Origin: a virus
Lineage: Duplodnaviria; Caudoviricetes
Reading direction: 5' to 3' (one strand)
DNA: 52,660 nt
Virus record (IMG/VR): IMGVR_UViG_3300005537_000007
Location: 1 to 52,660 of that record
Shown: piece by piece, positions 9,623-18,507 of the stretch
How the letters are laid out: the number at the start of each line of letters is the position of its first letter
How positions within the stretch are numbered: position 1 is the first letter of the stretch
The notes under the pieces: generated by a model
The model's input: the letters and a program-made list of their open reading frames with translations, nothing else
Databases searched by the model: none
Told to the model about the DNA's origin: nothing
Made by a program: the position numbers and the translations under genes

Positions 9623-9646
9623 CTCCCGCGGGAACTGTAGGAAACT

Positions 9647-10186
9647 ATGGCTGGCTATTCAATAAGTCTGACGTTCGAGGATGTGTACACGGCGGTGAAA
9701 CCGCTCATTGCGGCGGTGACCGGGCTCGATCCATCGTTGGTCATTCAAGGCGACCCGAACCGCTCCGCCATGCCGCCGGCCGCCCCCGGTTTCGTGGAAA
9801 TGCTTGCGACCGTCAGCGGGCGAATCCGGACCAATATCGACCGGTGGGACACCACGAACCCGGCGCCCACGAGTGAAACCATTGAGCAGGGTACGCGCAT
9901 TCGGATCCAGCTGGACTGCTACGGCGCCAGCGCGGGAGATTGGGCGGCGATGCTATCCGCGATACTGCGGGATGACGCGGGTTGTGTGGCTCTCAAGCCC
10001 ACCTGCCAGCCGCTGTATACGGACGAGCCCATGCAAGCCCCCCTGGACGACGGCGAGGCCCAGTACGAACAGCGCTGGACGCTTTTAACATATTTACAGT
10101 ACAATCCGGTAGTGACTGCCCCGATGCAGTTCGCGGATGAATTACACGCAACCCTTATCGACGTGGACGTGAGCTATCCCCCATGA
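9647..10186 (+). CDS. Tail terminator/neck protein
   Basis: Motifs IQLDCYG, PLYxDxP and QYEQRW...LQYNP, immediately upstream of the sheath gene. Confidence 0.7.
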   Translation: MAGYSISLTFEDVYTAVKPLIAAVTGLDPSLVIQGDPNRSAMPPAAPGFVEMLATVSGRIRTNIDRWDTTNPAPTSETIEQGTRIRIQLDCYGASAGDWAAMLSAILRDDAGCVALKPTCQPLYTDEPMQAPLDDGEAQYEQRWTLLTYLQYNPVVTAPMQFADELHATLIDVDVSYPP

Positions 10187-11721
10187 CCAATTCCATACCG
10201 GCATCCGCATTCGTCAACGTCATCCCTGGCGTCATAGGGGCCGGCGGTAATCCGCTGTCGCTCAACATGGTGGCCGTGGACAATAGCGGCGACACATCCA
10301 TCCCCATCGGCACGGTACAGAAGTTCCCAAGTCTTCCAGCGGTGCAGGCGTGGTACGGCGCCAACAGCGTCCAGGCGGCACTTGCGGACAAGTATTTCGG
10401 TGGCTATATCGGCGCTACGTCGCTTCCGAGCGCGATCTATTTTACCCAGGCGAACGCTGCAGCGGTTGCCGGGTATCTGCGCGGTGGCTCCGTCGCGGCA
10501 CTTACCCTCACGCAGTTGCAGGCGCTCTCCGGCACCCTCACCGTGGCCATTGACGGCGTGAGCCACGTGTCGGCGGCCATCAACCTGTCGGGCGCCACGA
10601 GCTTTACAAACGCGGCTACGTTGATCCAAGCCGGGCTTGACGCAGGCACCCCGACGACGACAGCCACGGTGACGTACGATTCGCTGCGCGCGGCGTTCGT
10701 CATCACTTCATCCACTACGGGCGCGTCCAGCACCCTGGCGTTCCCCACCACTAATTCGCTCGCCACCGGGTTGAACCTGACGCAAGCCACGGGCGCGGTA
10801 CTGTCGGCTGGCGCTGTTGCGGCGACCCCTGCCGGCACCATGGCCAACGTGGCGAATGTCACCCAGAACTGGGCCACGTTCATTACCGTGAACGAGCCCA
10901 TCCTCAGCGTCAAGCTTCAGTACGCCGCGTGGATGCAGACCACCAACCAGCGGTATCTCTATCTGCCGTACGACTCGGATGTCACGCCCACGCAAGGGCC
11001 GTCCGAACCGGCATCGTTTGGCGCCATTGTCAACGCGGCAGACGATAACGGTATTGCCGCCATCTGGGAGCCAACCACAATCCCCGGCTCCACCCAGGTG
11101 CAAGGGTCTGTCGCGGCATTCGCGGCAGGTATCGCTGCATCGTTGGACTTCAACCGGAAAGGCGGCAACACCACCTGGGCGTTCCGCAGTCAGGCCGGGC
11201 TCGTGCCGGCGGTGACCGATCTTACGACCTACCAAAACTTGATTGCCAACGGGTACAGTTGCTACGCAGCTGTGGCCACCGCGAACCAAAACTTCCAGTG
11301 GTTCCAGAATGGGCAGGTGTCGGGCATATGGCGTTGGGTTCAGCCGTATGTGAACCAGATTTACTTCAACTCGCAGCTGCAACTTGCGCTGGCGGAGTTG
11401 GAGTCCAGCGTGGGGTCGATTCCGTACAATCGCGCCGGGTACACGCTGATTCGGCAAGCGTGCATGGACACCATCAACCAGATGCTGAATTACGGCGCGA
11501 TTCAGCCCGGCGTGCAGCTCAGTGCGACTCAGGTCCAGGAAGTCAACCTTGCAGCAGGCGCCAACATCGCCAGCGTGTTGCAGAATACCGGATGGTACCT
11601 GCAGATATCGGACGCAACACCACAGGTTCGCGCGGCCCGCACCTCGCCGCCCATCACACTGTGGTACGTGGATGGCGGCTCGATCCAGCAGATCACTCTG
11701 AACAGCATTGACGTGGAGTAA
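10183..11721 (+). CDS. Contractile tail sheath (DUF3383 family)
   Basis: Motifs IPASxxVNVxPGV, QNWATF, AFRSQAGL, IPYNxxGY and RxSPPITLWYxDGGSIQ. Confidence 0.9.
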   Translation: MTNSIPASAFVNVIPGVIGAGGNPLSLNMVAVDNSGDTSIPIGTVQKFPSLPAVQAWYGANSVQAALADKYFGGYIGATSLPSAIYFTQANAAAVAGYLRGGSVAALTLTQLQALSGTLTVAIDGVSHVSAAINLSGATSFTNAATLIQAGLDAGTPTTTATVTYDSLRAAFVITSSTTGASSTLAFPTTNSLATGLNLTQATGAVLSAGAVAATPAGTMANVANVTQNWATFITVNEPILSVKLQYAAWMQTTNQRYLYLPYDSDVTPTQGPSEPASFGAIVNAADDNGIAAIWEPTTIPGSTQVQGSVAAFAAGIAASLDFNRKGGNTTWAFRSQAGLVPAVTDLTTYQNLIANGYSCYAAVATANQNFQWFQNGQVSGIWRWVQPYVNQIYFNSQLQLALAELESSVGSIPYNRAGYTLIRQACMDTINQMLNYGAIQPGVQLSATQVQEVNLAAGANIASVLQNTGWYLQISDATPQVRAARTSPPITLWYVDGGSIQQITLNSIDVE

Positions 11722-11727
11722 AACGAC

Positions 11728-12162
11728 GTGGCTGATATCACTGCCGCAAATGCGGTTTTCATGCTGGACATTCCCAACGTGTTGGGAACTGCCGTCCAGA
11801 TTCAGGGGTTTGCCGTTGACGATATGTTTGCCGCGGAGGTTGCGGAATCGTCGGAAGCTCGCATGGGCGCGGACGGGCTCTTGTCGGCCGGCTTCACTCC
11901 ATACCCGGTCAAGATGCCGGTGCACCTCCAACCCGACAGCGACAGTGTTGATGTGTTCGAGCAGTGGGACGGCGCGAACAAGGCACTGAAGACCTCGAAC
12001 GTGGCTCAGGCGTCTATCGATTATTTTTCGGTGGGCAAAGTTTACACCCTGAGCAACGGCTACCTGACGCGCGTCACTCCGTTTGCGAGTGCCAAGAAAG
12101 TGCTCGAACCCACCGAGTGGGAGATCACATGGGAGTTGGTCAGCGTTTCGCCGAGCGCCTAA
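11728..12162 (+). CDS. Tail tube protein
   Basis: 144 aa after the sheath gene. Motifs ITAANA, QGFAxD, MGADG and LQPDSxS. Confidence 0.85.
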   Translation: MADITAANAVFMLDIPNVLGTAVQIQGFAVDDMFAAEVAESSEARMGADGLLSAGFTPYPVKMPVHLQPDSDSVDVFEQWDGANKALKTSNVAQASIDYFSVGKVYTLSNGYLTRVTPFASAKKVLEPTEWEITWELVSVSPSA

Positions 12163-12165
12163 GCC

Positions 12166-12606
12166 GTGGCGCGGCGCACGGAACGGGTGACCATCGAGGC
12201 AGAAGGTCGCGATCAGGGTAAAACGTTCGTCATTACGGAGATGGACGCGGCGGCGGCGGATGACTGGGCCATGCGCGCCCTATTCACGCTGGCGAATTCA
12301 GGCGTGCCCGTAATCGAAGCGGTGCGGCAGGCCGGCATGGCCGGGCTCGCGCAGCTCGGGCCGGAGATTTTCGCCTACGCGAAATACGATGACATGCGGC
12401 CCCTCATGGATACCCTGTGGGATTGTGTCGCGTTCGAGAAAGATCCCGCACAGCCTTTGATACGCGGTAAGCTGAAGAACACCCAGATTGAGGAATCGGG
12501 GACGTTCTTATGGCTCAAACTTGCAGCGTTCCAACTCCACACGGGTTTTTCCTGGGCCGGCGCGCCCCTGCCTATGGGCGTCAATACCGTAGCGCCGCCG
12601 GCCTGA
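12166..12606 (+). CDS. Tail assembly chaperone
   Basis: Motifs GRDxGKxFxITEM and IEExxT...LHTGF, between tube and tape-measure genes. Confidence 0.8.
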   Translation: MARRTERVTIEAEGRDQGKTFVITEMDAAAADDWAMRALFTLANSGVPVIEAVRQAGMAGLAQLGPEIFAYAKYDDMRPLMDTLWDCVAFEKDPAQPLIRGKLKNTQIEESGTFLWLKLAAFQLHTGFSWAGAPLPMGVNTVAPPA

Positions 12607-12770
12607 TTGAGTATGTCAACGTGTCACGCCTCATTGGAATGTTGGTTTCTAGCGGGAAAGCCACGCTCATAGAGCTGCAAACGGTATACGGCATCAAGGA
12701 TGCCTACGACCTAGCGGAAATCGTCGCCGTGGACATGGCGAATCACAACAAAGTCATGAGCCGGAAGTAG
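12543..12770 (+). CDS. -1 frameshift extension of the tail assembly chaperone (G-T-like product)
   Basis: Slippery heptamer G GGT TTT at 12543-12549 is in the chaperone frame. The -1 frame stays open to 12770 and encodes ATLxELQTVYGxxDAYDLxE. Confidence 0.75.
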   Translation, partial: GFFLGRRAPAYGRQYRSAAGLIEYVNVSRLIGMLVSSGKATLIELQTVYGIKDAYDLAEIVAVDMANHNKVMSRK

Positions 12771-12774
12771 CGTC

Positions 12775-14340
12775 ATGACACAGACCGTACTCGATGCTTT
12801 CGTGGTAACCGTGGGGATTGATTCCACGGATTACAAGGATGGGCAACGCGAAGTTGATAAGCTGCAGCAGCAGACTATCAAAGGCGTCAAAGAGACCTCC
12901 GCTCAGGCTACTCGTGAAGAACGCAAAAAGGCGTTGGATGCCGCTCGCGTGCAGAAGCGTGCGGAAGCGGACAAGTCGCGTCAAGAGCGACTGAATCGGG
13001 CCGCCGCGCAGAAAGCTCGCAAGCAGGAAGAAAAGGAAACAGTCGAGTCAGCGGAGAACATCCAAAAACGCGTGTTGGGTGTTGCGAAGTCCGCCGCCGG
13101 GCTAGCCTTGGGGTTCGAGGGTATTCAGGGACTCATAAATTTCGTCGGGCAGATAAATCTGACCACTGCGGAGTTGGGCCGAACTGCGGCGAATCTCGAT
13201 CTTTCCTCCCACGAAGTGAACCGCGTAGGCAATGCCGTCGCGTTAGCCGGTGGGAAAGCAGAAGATGCGCAATCTGCGTTTGGTGCGCTATCGCAGTCCG
13301 TTACCAACTTGAATGTTGGTAAGGGTTTCTCCGAGCTGTTGCTGTTGTTACAGCGTCAAGGTGTTGCGTACAAAGATCAGACGACTGGCAAATTGCGCGA
13401 CCAAGCAGCAGTTTACGAAGACCTCGCAGACAAACTTAGTAAATATGATCGCGCTACCGCCCATAACTATCTTGTCAACGCAGGGTTGAGTGAAGGTTTC
13501 ATAAACTATCTGCTGTTGGAGAAATCGGCCCGCCGAGCGTTGAATGATGAAGCTGAGCGTTCTAACGCCATCTCGGATGAAAGTGCTGCTCGCGCCCAAA
13601 AAGCTCAAAAGAATTTTCGTCGATTCAAACAAGCTGTTGCCGGTGCGACACAGTTTGGGCTGGACGAAATACTTTCAGGGGATATATTTAAGAAAGCGTT
13701 AGAAGGCGAGTTAAACCCCTCACGCGTGGGTAACAGGATCGGCGATGCCTTATTTCGCCCCACGGGCCGTGCCGCGAATAACCCCGGAAATCTCAAGACG
13801 GTAGGCGGGAAAAAATTTCGTACTTTTACAACGTTGAAAGAGGGCATACAAGCAGCCAATCATCAGTTGGATTTATACCAACGCCGTGGCATCAACACCA
13901 TACAGGATATAATTAAAACATACGAAGGAAACGACGCGCCGGGCAATCACAACGACGTGCCGGCGTACGTGCGAGATGTTGCACGGCGCACAGGTATACC
14001 TGCAGGTCAGCAATTGACTAGCGAAGACCGCGCCAACGTGTTACGTGGGATGTTTCTGCATGAAGATCCCAACAACAGCGACATAGATATCGCCCAAATA
14101 AACGACGCCATAAAACCATCCGTGTTTAGCGGGGTATCTCAGATCACACCGACTCCGAGTGTGATGAACACGTCAGGGGATACCACTACGTCTAGCCGCG
14201 TCACCTATGACACGCACATCGGATCTATCAATGTACAAACCGCAGCCACGGACGCCAACGGTATTGCGGCGGGTATCGGCAACGCGATACAACAAAAGAA
14301 CATTTTGACGGCATCGCAGGCCGATGTGGGGCAGCAGTAA
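12775..14340 (+). CDS. Tape measure protein with C-terminal lysozyme/lytic-transglycosylase-like domain
   Basis: Helical Ala/Lys/Gln-rich N-terminus, then NNPGNL...F.T..EG..A...L..Y...G..TI..II..Y...N....Y. Confidence 0.8.
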   Translation: MTQTVLDAFVVTVGIDSTDYKDGQREVDKLQQQTIKGVKETSAQATREERKKALDAARVQKRAEADKSRQERLNRAAAQKARKQEEKETVESAENIQKRVLGVAKSAAGLALGFEGIQGLINFVGQINLTTAELGRTAANLDLSSHEVNRVGNAVALAGGKAEDAQSAFGALSQSVTNLNVGKGFSELLLLLQRQGVAYKDQTTGKLRDQAAVYEDLADKLSKYDRATAHNYLVNAGLSEGFINYLLLEKSARRALNDEAERSNAISDESAARAQKAQKNFRRFKQAVAGATQFGLDEILSGDIFKKALEGELNPSRVGNRIGDALFRPTGRAANNPGNLKTVGGKKFRTFTTLKEGIQAANHQLDLYQRRGINTIQDIIKTYEGNDAPGNHNDVPAYVRDVARRTGIPAGQQLTSEDRANVLRGMFLHEDPNNSDIDIAQINDAIKPSVFSGVSQITPTPSVMNTSGDTTTSSRVTYDTHIGSINVQTAATDANGIAAGIGNAIQQKNILTASQADVGQQ

Positions 14341-15038
14341 TGCCGCTCCCAATCATTCCCATGGTGCCGTTCCCTAACGTCCCAAACGCTCCGGGAGTTC
14401 CGCAGCTTGCGCGCTCACTGACCGCGCCGGTCACCCCCACGCCGTCACTCGGCCGCAATGCCGCGTCTGCCACCCTATGGCAGTCCACACAGACCAAGCC
14501 CACATGGGGCATATATAACAGCGCTGGTGTTGCAGTAATTGTGCCCGATTCGTTCATGGATTTCCGCAACAGGAACTCCTCCGACCTCACAAGCGCCTAT
14601 GTGCAGAAGAGTGCTTTCGCCTCTTACAATAAAGTACGCAAGCCATTCGACACGGTGTTGCGTATGCGTAAAGGCGGAACCCTACAGAATCGAACCGATT
14701 TTTTGAATCAGATAGATGCGATTGCGAACGATACCAACCTGTACACCATTCTGACTCCTGAGAAGAGCTATCAGAATTGCAACATCAGCGACTACGAAGT
14801 GACGCGCCGAGGTGTCAACGGGGCGTATTTGTTGGCTGACGTGGATATTTTCTTCAAGGAAATTGTTGAGGTATCGGCGCAGTACTCCTCTACGTCCACC
14901 AACACGCAAAATGCTAAAAGTGCATCGGCCATACCCCAGGTTAACCAAGGTCCTGTGCAGCCGCAACCGGTCAATTTTCTGGCCGCGCAGCAAGCTTCAG
15001 CCGCGGTCACGCGTGCGCTTAACCCCACGGCATTCTGA
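14340..15038 (+). CDS. Baseplate hub/tube-initiator (Dit-like) protein
   Basis: Motifs PNVPxxPGVP, FASYNKV and YxIxTPE, following the tape-measure gene. Confidence 0.7.
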   Translation: MPLPIIPMVPFPNVPNAPGVPQLARSLTAPVTPTPSLGRNAASATLWQSTQTKPTWGIYNSAGVAVIVPDSFMDFRNRNSSDLTSAYVQKSAFASYNKVRKPFDTVLRMRKGGTLQNRTDFLNQIDAIANDTNLYTILTPEKSYQNCNISDYEVTRRGVNGAYLLADVDIFFKEIVEVSAQYSSTSTNTQNAKSASAIPQVNQGPVQPQPVNFLAAQQASAAVTRALNPTAF

Positions 15039-15040
15039 TC

Positions 15041-15364
15041 ATGTTACAGATACCCCTGGGCGCCGTGCCGTCGCAACAAGTCAGCCTAAACTTGGCCAAC
15101 CAAAACGTTGTGCTTAACGTGTATCAATTGGCCAATGGCAAGCTGTACATGGATGTCATTTCAAACAATCAGCCCATCATAACGTGCCGTCCGTGCCAGT
15201 ACGGTACGTTGATGTTGGAGGATGCCAAGTACTGGGGCTTCGTGGGTGATTTTACGTGGGTTGATTTACTGTCGGGCGTTTCCACGCCGCCCACGGACCC
15301 CGTGTATACTGGCTTGGCGGATCAATACCAACTCATTTATTTGGAGGCATCAGACTTGCAATGA
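15041..15364 (+). CDS. Baseplate protein
   Basis: Motifs IPLxAVPSQ, GFxGD and DPxYxGLxxxYxLxY. Confidence 0.7.
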   Translation: MLQIPLGAVPSQQVSLNLANQNVVLNVYQLANGKLYMDVISNNQPIITCRPCQYGTLMLEDAKYWGFVGDFTWVDLLSGVSTPPTDPVYTGLADQYQLIYLEASDLQ

Positions 15365-16290
15365 GCCTCCCAAGCTTTACCAAGAAGAGTCTGCGCGCAA
15401 CCTTCACGCTATCCAACAACGCGAAGTTTGCCGGATCAAATAACAACGTCCTGCAGATAACGGGCTTGCGCATGTGCGCACGCCTCACCGCGTCACAGTT
15501 CCCAGCATTCCCGCAAGCCGAGATTGAAATATACGGGATGTTGCAGTCCGACATGAACGCGTTGACGGCCATCGCCCAGTACTCACTGGAGTTCAACCCT
15601 AACTCCGTGGTGATAGAGGCGAATTCGGGCAACGGATGGGCAGCTGTGTTTGCCGGTCAGATTATGACCGCAAGTCCGGATTACGACCGCATACCTGATG
15701 TCCCCTTCGTGGTGACTGCACAGGCGTTAGGATTCGAGCTGTTGAATCCCGCCACCCCCACGAGCTACACCGGCCCCACGGATGTCGCAACTATCGTGTC
15801 CGCCATCTGCGCCAAGATGGGGTGCGCGTTCGAAAACGACGGCGTCACACAAACACTACAAAGCCCATACTTTGCGGGCACGTTGGCCGCCCAGCTGAAA
15901 ACCGTCATCGAACACACCGGCATCAGCAGCTACATCGCGCCTGGGCCGTCTCAGGGCGTCCCGGCTCTCGTGGTGATCATGCCGAAAGGTCAACCGCGTC
16001 CCGGCAGCGTGTGGTCGCTGTCTAAAGACACCGGGTTGCTTGGATACCCCAAGCGCGATGCACGTGGATTTCTGTCGGCCCGAACATTGTTTAACCCCGC
16101 ATATCGGTTCGGTGGTCTCGTAGATCTATCCAATGCGGGCATACCGTTGAACGTGCCGGGGCAAGCGTATTTGAGCATCCCCGGCAATTGGGTGATATAC
16201 AACTTGGTGCACACGCTGGAAGCCAACAAGCCGGATGGCGCATGGTTTAGCGACATCATGGCGTACCCACCAGGGAGTTTGCCACCATGA
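15361..16290 (+). CDS. Baseplate hub protein
   Basis: Motifs IYGM, FENxGV, TGLxGYP and LFNP. Upstream of the spike gene. Confidence 0.75.
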   Translation: MSLPSFTKKSLRATFTLSNNAKFAGSNNNVLQITGLRMCARLTASQFPAFPQAEIEIYGMLQSDMNALTAIAQYSLEFNPNSVVIEANSGNGWAAVFAGQIMTASPDYDRIPDVPFVVTAQALGFELLNPATPTSYTGPTDVATIVSAICAKMGCAFENDGVTQTLQSPYFAGTLAAQLKTVIEHTGISSYIAPGPSQGVPALVVIMPKGQPRPGSVWSLSKDTGLLGYPKRDARGFLSARTLFNPAYRFGGLVDLSNAGIPLNVPGQAYLSIPGNWVIYNLVHTLEANKPDGAWFSDIMAYPPGSLPP

Positions 16291-16940
16291 CCGGAGTCTA
16301 CGGGTTTCAAGATCCCGCTACAACAGCCAACGCGTACAACACGCTTGAGTTTGTTATAAAACAACTGCAGGGCCGAGTACAGACGATATCGCTGGTACGC
16401 GTAGAGGCGTGTTCCAACAGCGGCGGCCTATCCCCCGTGGGCACTGTGGATATGACGGTACTGGCAAACCTCATGACCGGTAATCGTAAGTCTGTGCCTC
16501 ACGGGGTTCTAACGGGCCGGCCGTACCTCCGCATTCAAGGCGGCCAGAATGCAGTCATCATCGACCCGCAGAAAGGCGACCTGGGGTTGGCGGTGTTCTG
16601 CTCGAGGGACAGTTCCGCAGTGATCGCGGCGAAAGGCCCGGCCAACCCCGGTAGCCTTCGACAATTCGATTGGGCCGATGGGTTGTACTTGGGTGGATTT
16701 CTAAACGATACGCCCACGCAATACGTGCGGTTCTCTTCGACCGGCATAGAGCTGGTATCACCTACGGAAATCACTTTGCAAGCACCCACGATAAGCATCC
16801 AAGGCAGTAGCTCCGTGGTGATCAATAGCCCCGCGAACACCATTGCAGGCGGCCACACAAGCATTGATGGGAAAATGTTCCTGCCGCATTTCCACGGTGG
16901 CGTACAAACTGGGGGCGGTAACTCCGGACCTGTCGCATGA
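16287..16940 (+). CDS. Baseplate central spike (gpV/gp138-like)
   Basis: Motifs PYxRxQGG, DPxxGDxG and DGLYLGG, with C-terminal metal-binding HxHxGV. Confidence 0.85.
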   Translation: MTGVYGFQDPATTANAYNTLEFVIKQLQGRVQTISLVRVEACSNSGGLSPVGTVDMTVLANLMTGNRKSVPHGVLTGRPYLRIQGGQNAVIIDPQKGDLGLAVFCSRDSSAVIAAKGPANPGSLRQFDWADGLYLGGFLNDTPTQYVRFSSTGIELVSPTEITLQAPTISIQGSSSVVINSPANTIAGGHTSIDGKMFLPHFHGGVQTGGGNSGPVA

Positions 16941-17293
16941 ACACGCTATTACTCGCCGTAGATACTTGGGATTTTGTGCTGGACGCCAACCAAAATTGGG
17001 CGGTGGCCGCCGCTCCATACGCGCTCGCCCAGGACGTGGCCAGCGCCATCCGGACGTTTCTGGCCGAAGTCTGGTACGATGACACGCTAGGGATTGATTA
17101 TCTCGGCGAGATCCTAGGCCACACGCCGCCCGTTACGGTATTCCAGGCGCGCATGGTCGATGCGGCGAAGACGGTACCGGGGGTGGTCTCCGCGCAATGT
17201 GTTATTGAGAGTTTCAATCGCGACACACGCGAAGTGATCGGGCAGGTGCAATTCGTGGATTCGAACGGTAATACCGGAACGGTTTCGCTATGA
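16937..17293 (+). CDS. Baseplate wedge/sheath initiator (gp25-like)
   Basis: Motifs TWD, AQDVASAIRTF and WYDxxxGIxY. Confidence 0.75.
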   Translation: MNTLLLAVDTWDFVLDANQNWAVAAAPYALAQDVASAIRTFLAEVWYDDTLGIDYLGEILGHTPPVTVFQARMVDAAKTVPGVVSAQCVIESFNRDTREVIGQVQFVDSNGNTGTVSL

Positions 17294-18507
17294 CCAACAC
17301 AACGAGTGTCCCACCGCTCCAGTTTACGCCCACGGGGGTGGTCGTCCCCACGGAGTCGACAATCCTCACGGGCGTTCAGGCGGACCAAAACGCGGCGTTC
17401 GGCGGCAACCTCAACCCCGCATTGAACACCCCGCAGGGGCAGATTGCCAGCTCCACCACCGCCATCATTGCGAATGCCAACGGCACGTTTGCGGAAATCG
17501 TCAATCAGGTGGACCCGGATACCGCGGAAGGCTTCATGCAGGACGCGATTGGGCGCATATACTTCCTCGACCGATCTCCCGGCGCCCCCACCGTGGTGCA
17601 GTGCGTATGCACGGGCGCAGGCGTCACCATCCCCGTGGGCGCCCAGGCACAAGACACCAGCGGCAACCTTTACGTGTGCACCCAACCGGGCACCATCGGG
17701 TCGGGGGGCGGTTCAATAACCCTGGCATTCGCCAACGTTGTAGACGGCCCCATAGGTTGCCCGGCGAACACGTTGACAAAGATTTTCCAAGCAATACCAG
17801 GATGGGACACGATCAACAACCCTACTCCCGGTGTGCCTGGGCAGCTCGTGGAGAGTCGTACCGCGTTCGAGTTCCGCCGGTCCCAGTCGGTTGCACTGAA
17901 TGCCCACGGGTCACTCGATTCGATCTACGCGGCAGTGTTCCAATTGGCCAACGTGATTGACGTATACGCTACGGAGAACGTTACCAACGGAGTGGTGAAC
18001 ACGGGCTCAACCAACTACCCGCTTGCTCCGCATTCTTTGTACGTGGCTGTAGTTGGCGGCAACGCGGCCGACATAGCCCAGGCAATATGGAACAAGAAAG
18101 ATGTTGGATGCAACTATAACGGTAACACCACCGTCGTAGTGACTGACACCGTGGGCTATAGCCCACCATACCCAACATATAACGTAACATTCGAGATACC
18201 TCCATCGCTGCCAATACTATTCGCGGTTCAGATTGCCAACAGCTCATCGTTGCCGCCCGATATAGTTGCGCAGACCAAAGCGGCCATAATCGCCACGTTC
18301 AACGGGGCTGACGGTGGGGCGCGTATTCGCATCGGGTCGCTGATTCTGGCGGCCAAGTTCTACGGTGGTGTGATCGCCATTGGGCCTCAGGTTGAGGTGC
18401 TTTCTATTTTGCTCGGGCCAATCACGCCCACGCTGACAAACTATCAAGCCGGAATTGATCAGGCGCCGACGATCTCCGCAGCCAACATCACGGTAACACT
18501 TGTATGA
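17290..18507 (+). CDS. Baseplate J-like wedge protein
   Basis: Motifs TPQGQ, DPxxAxGxxQDAIG, ESRxxFExRR and PHSxYVxVxGG. Confidence 0.88.
   Translation: MTNTTSVPPLQFTPTGVVVPTESTILTGVQADQNAAFGGNLNPALNTPQGQIASSTTAIIANANGTFAEIVNQVDPDTAEGFMQDAIGRIYFLDRSPGAPTVVQCVCTGAGVTIPVGAQAQDTSGNLYVCTQPGTIGSGGGSITLAFANVVDGPIGCPANTLTKIFQAIPGWDTINNPTPGVPGQLVESRTAFEFRRSQSVALNAHGSLDSIYAAVFQLANVIDVYATENVTNGVVNTGSTNYPLAPHSLYVAVVGGNAADIAQAIWNKKDVGCNYNGNTTVVVTDTVGYSPPYPTYNVTFEIPPSLPILFAVQIANSSSLPPDIVAQTKAAIIATFNGADGGARIRIGSLILAAKFYGGVIAIGPQVEVLSILLGPITPTLTNYQAGIDQAPTISAANITVTLV

Noticed and set aside
5037-11931. Long antisense ORFs (5037..6155, 6136..7206, 10708..11931 and similar)
   Set aside because: They are shadows of GC-rich, codon-biased structural genes, with no motifs or RBS.
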